A stretch of DNA of 64,000 nt from Octopus bimaculoides (taxonomy: Eukaryota), in the NCBI RefSeq assembly GCF_001194135.2, contig NC_069003.1:25503456-25567455 (forward strand), in the 5' to 3' direction. The notes below the pieces were generated by a model. That model was given only the letters and a program-made list of their open reading frames with translations. It had not been told where the DNA came from and searched no databases. The position numbers and the translations under genes were made by a program. Position 1 is the stretch's first letter, and each line of letters begins with the position of its first letter. Shown here piece after piece: positions 63,880-64,000 of this stretch.

Positions 63880-64000
63880 TATCCCAAGCTCCACTAGATA
63901 TGTGATGCCAGTGTGCATGTGCGACAGAGCACTGGTGTATTGAGAGAACTGTTGGGCATAAGAGGAATTATATGCAATGTGCAAGAGACTGGGCTGGTTT
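63880..64000 (+). mobile_element. RTE ORF2 remnant
   Basis: VHVRQSTGVLRELLGIRGIICNVQE parallels the frame of the 8975 and 20930 copies. Confidence 0.55.

Overview
AT-rich, repeat-dense animal DNA with three N-gaps (22841-22850, 34314-34804, 44272-44530). It is most likely octopus/cephalopod, inferred from the SINE/RTE repeat families and microsatellite load, not from a database search. Three intron-rich genes were spliced by hand. (1) DNAJC7 on the minus strand: four TPR exons at 111-7066; the gene runs off the left edge and its first coding exon was not found. (2) An ankyrin-repeat/SOCS-box gene on the plus strand (30521-38113), with one ankyrin repeat per phase-0 exon, an internal SOCS box and a long disordered tail. 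(3) The 3' half of DNMT1 on the minus strand (12 exons, 47172-62409), covering the end of BAH2, the GK linker and the full C5-methyltransferase domain. The rest is tRNA-derived SINEs, RTE LINE fragments, hAT and other MITEs, Helitron remnants and microsatellites. The most notable observations: a tRNA-Ile-headed element ending in a Penelope-type minimal hammerhead ribozyme (plus other decayed hammerhead-like motifs); recurrent 28-46 bp fold-back duplications beside (TA)n tracts; a triplicated promoter module; a Pro-to-Ser change in the conserved HPEQ motif of DNMT1; and an orphan exon resembling a beta-propeller blade. All coordinates were counted by hand and repeat boundaries are approximate.
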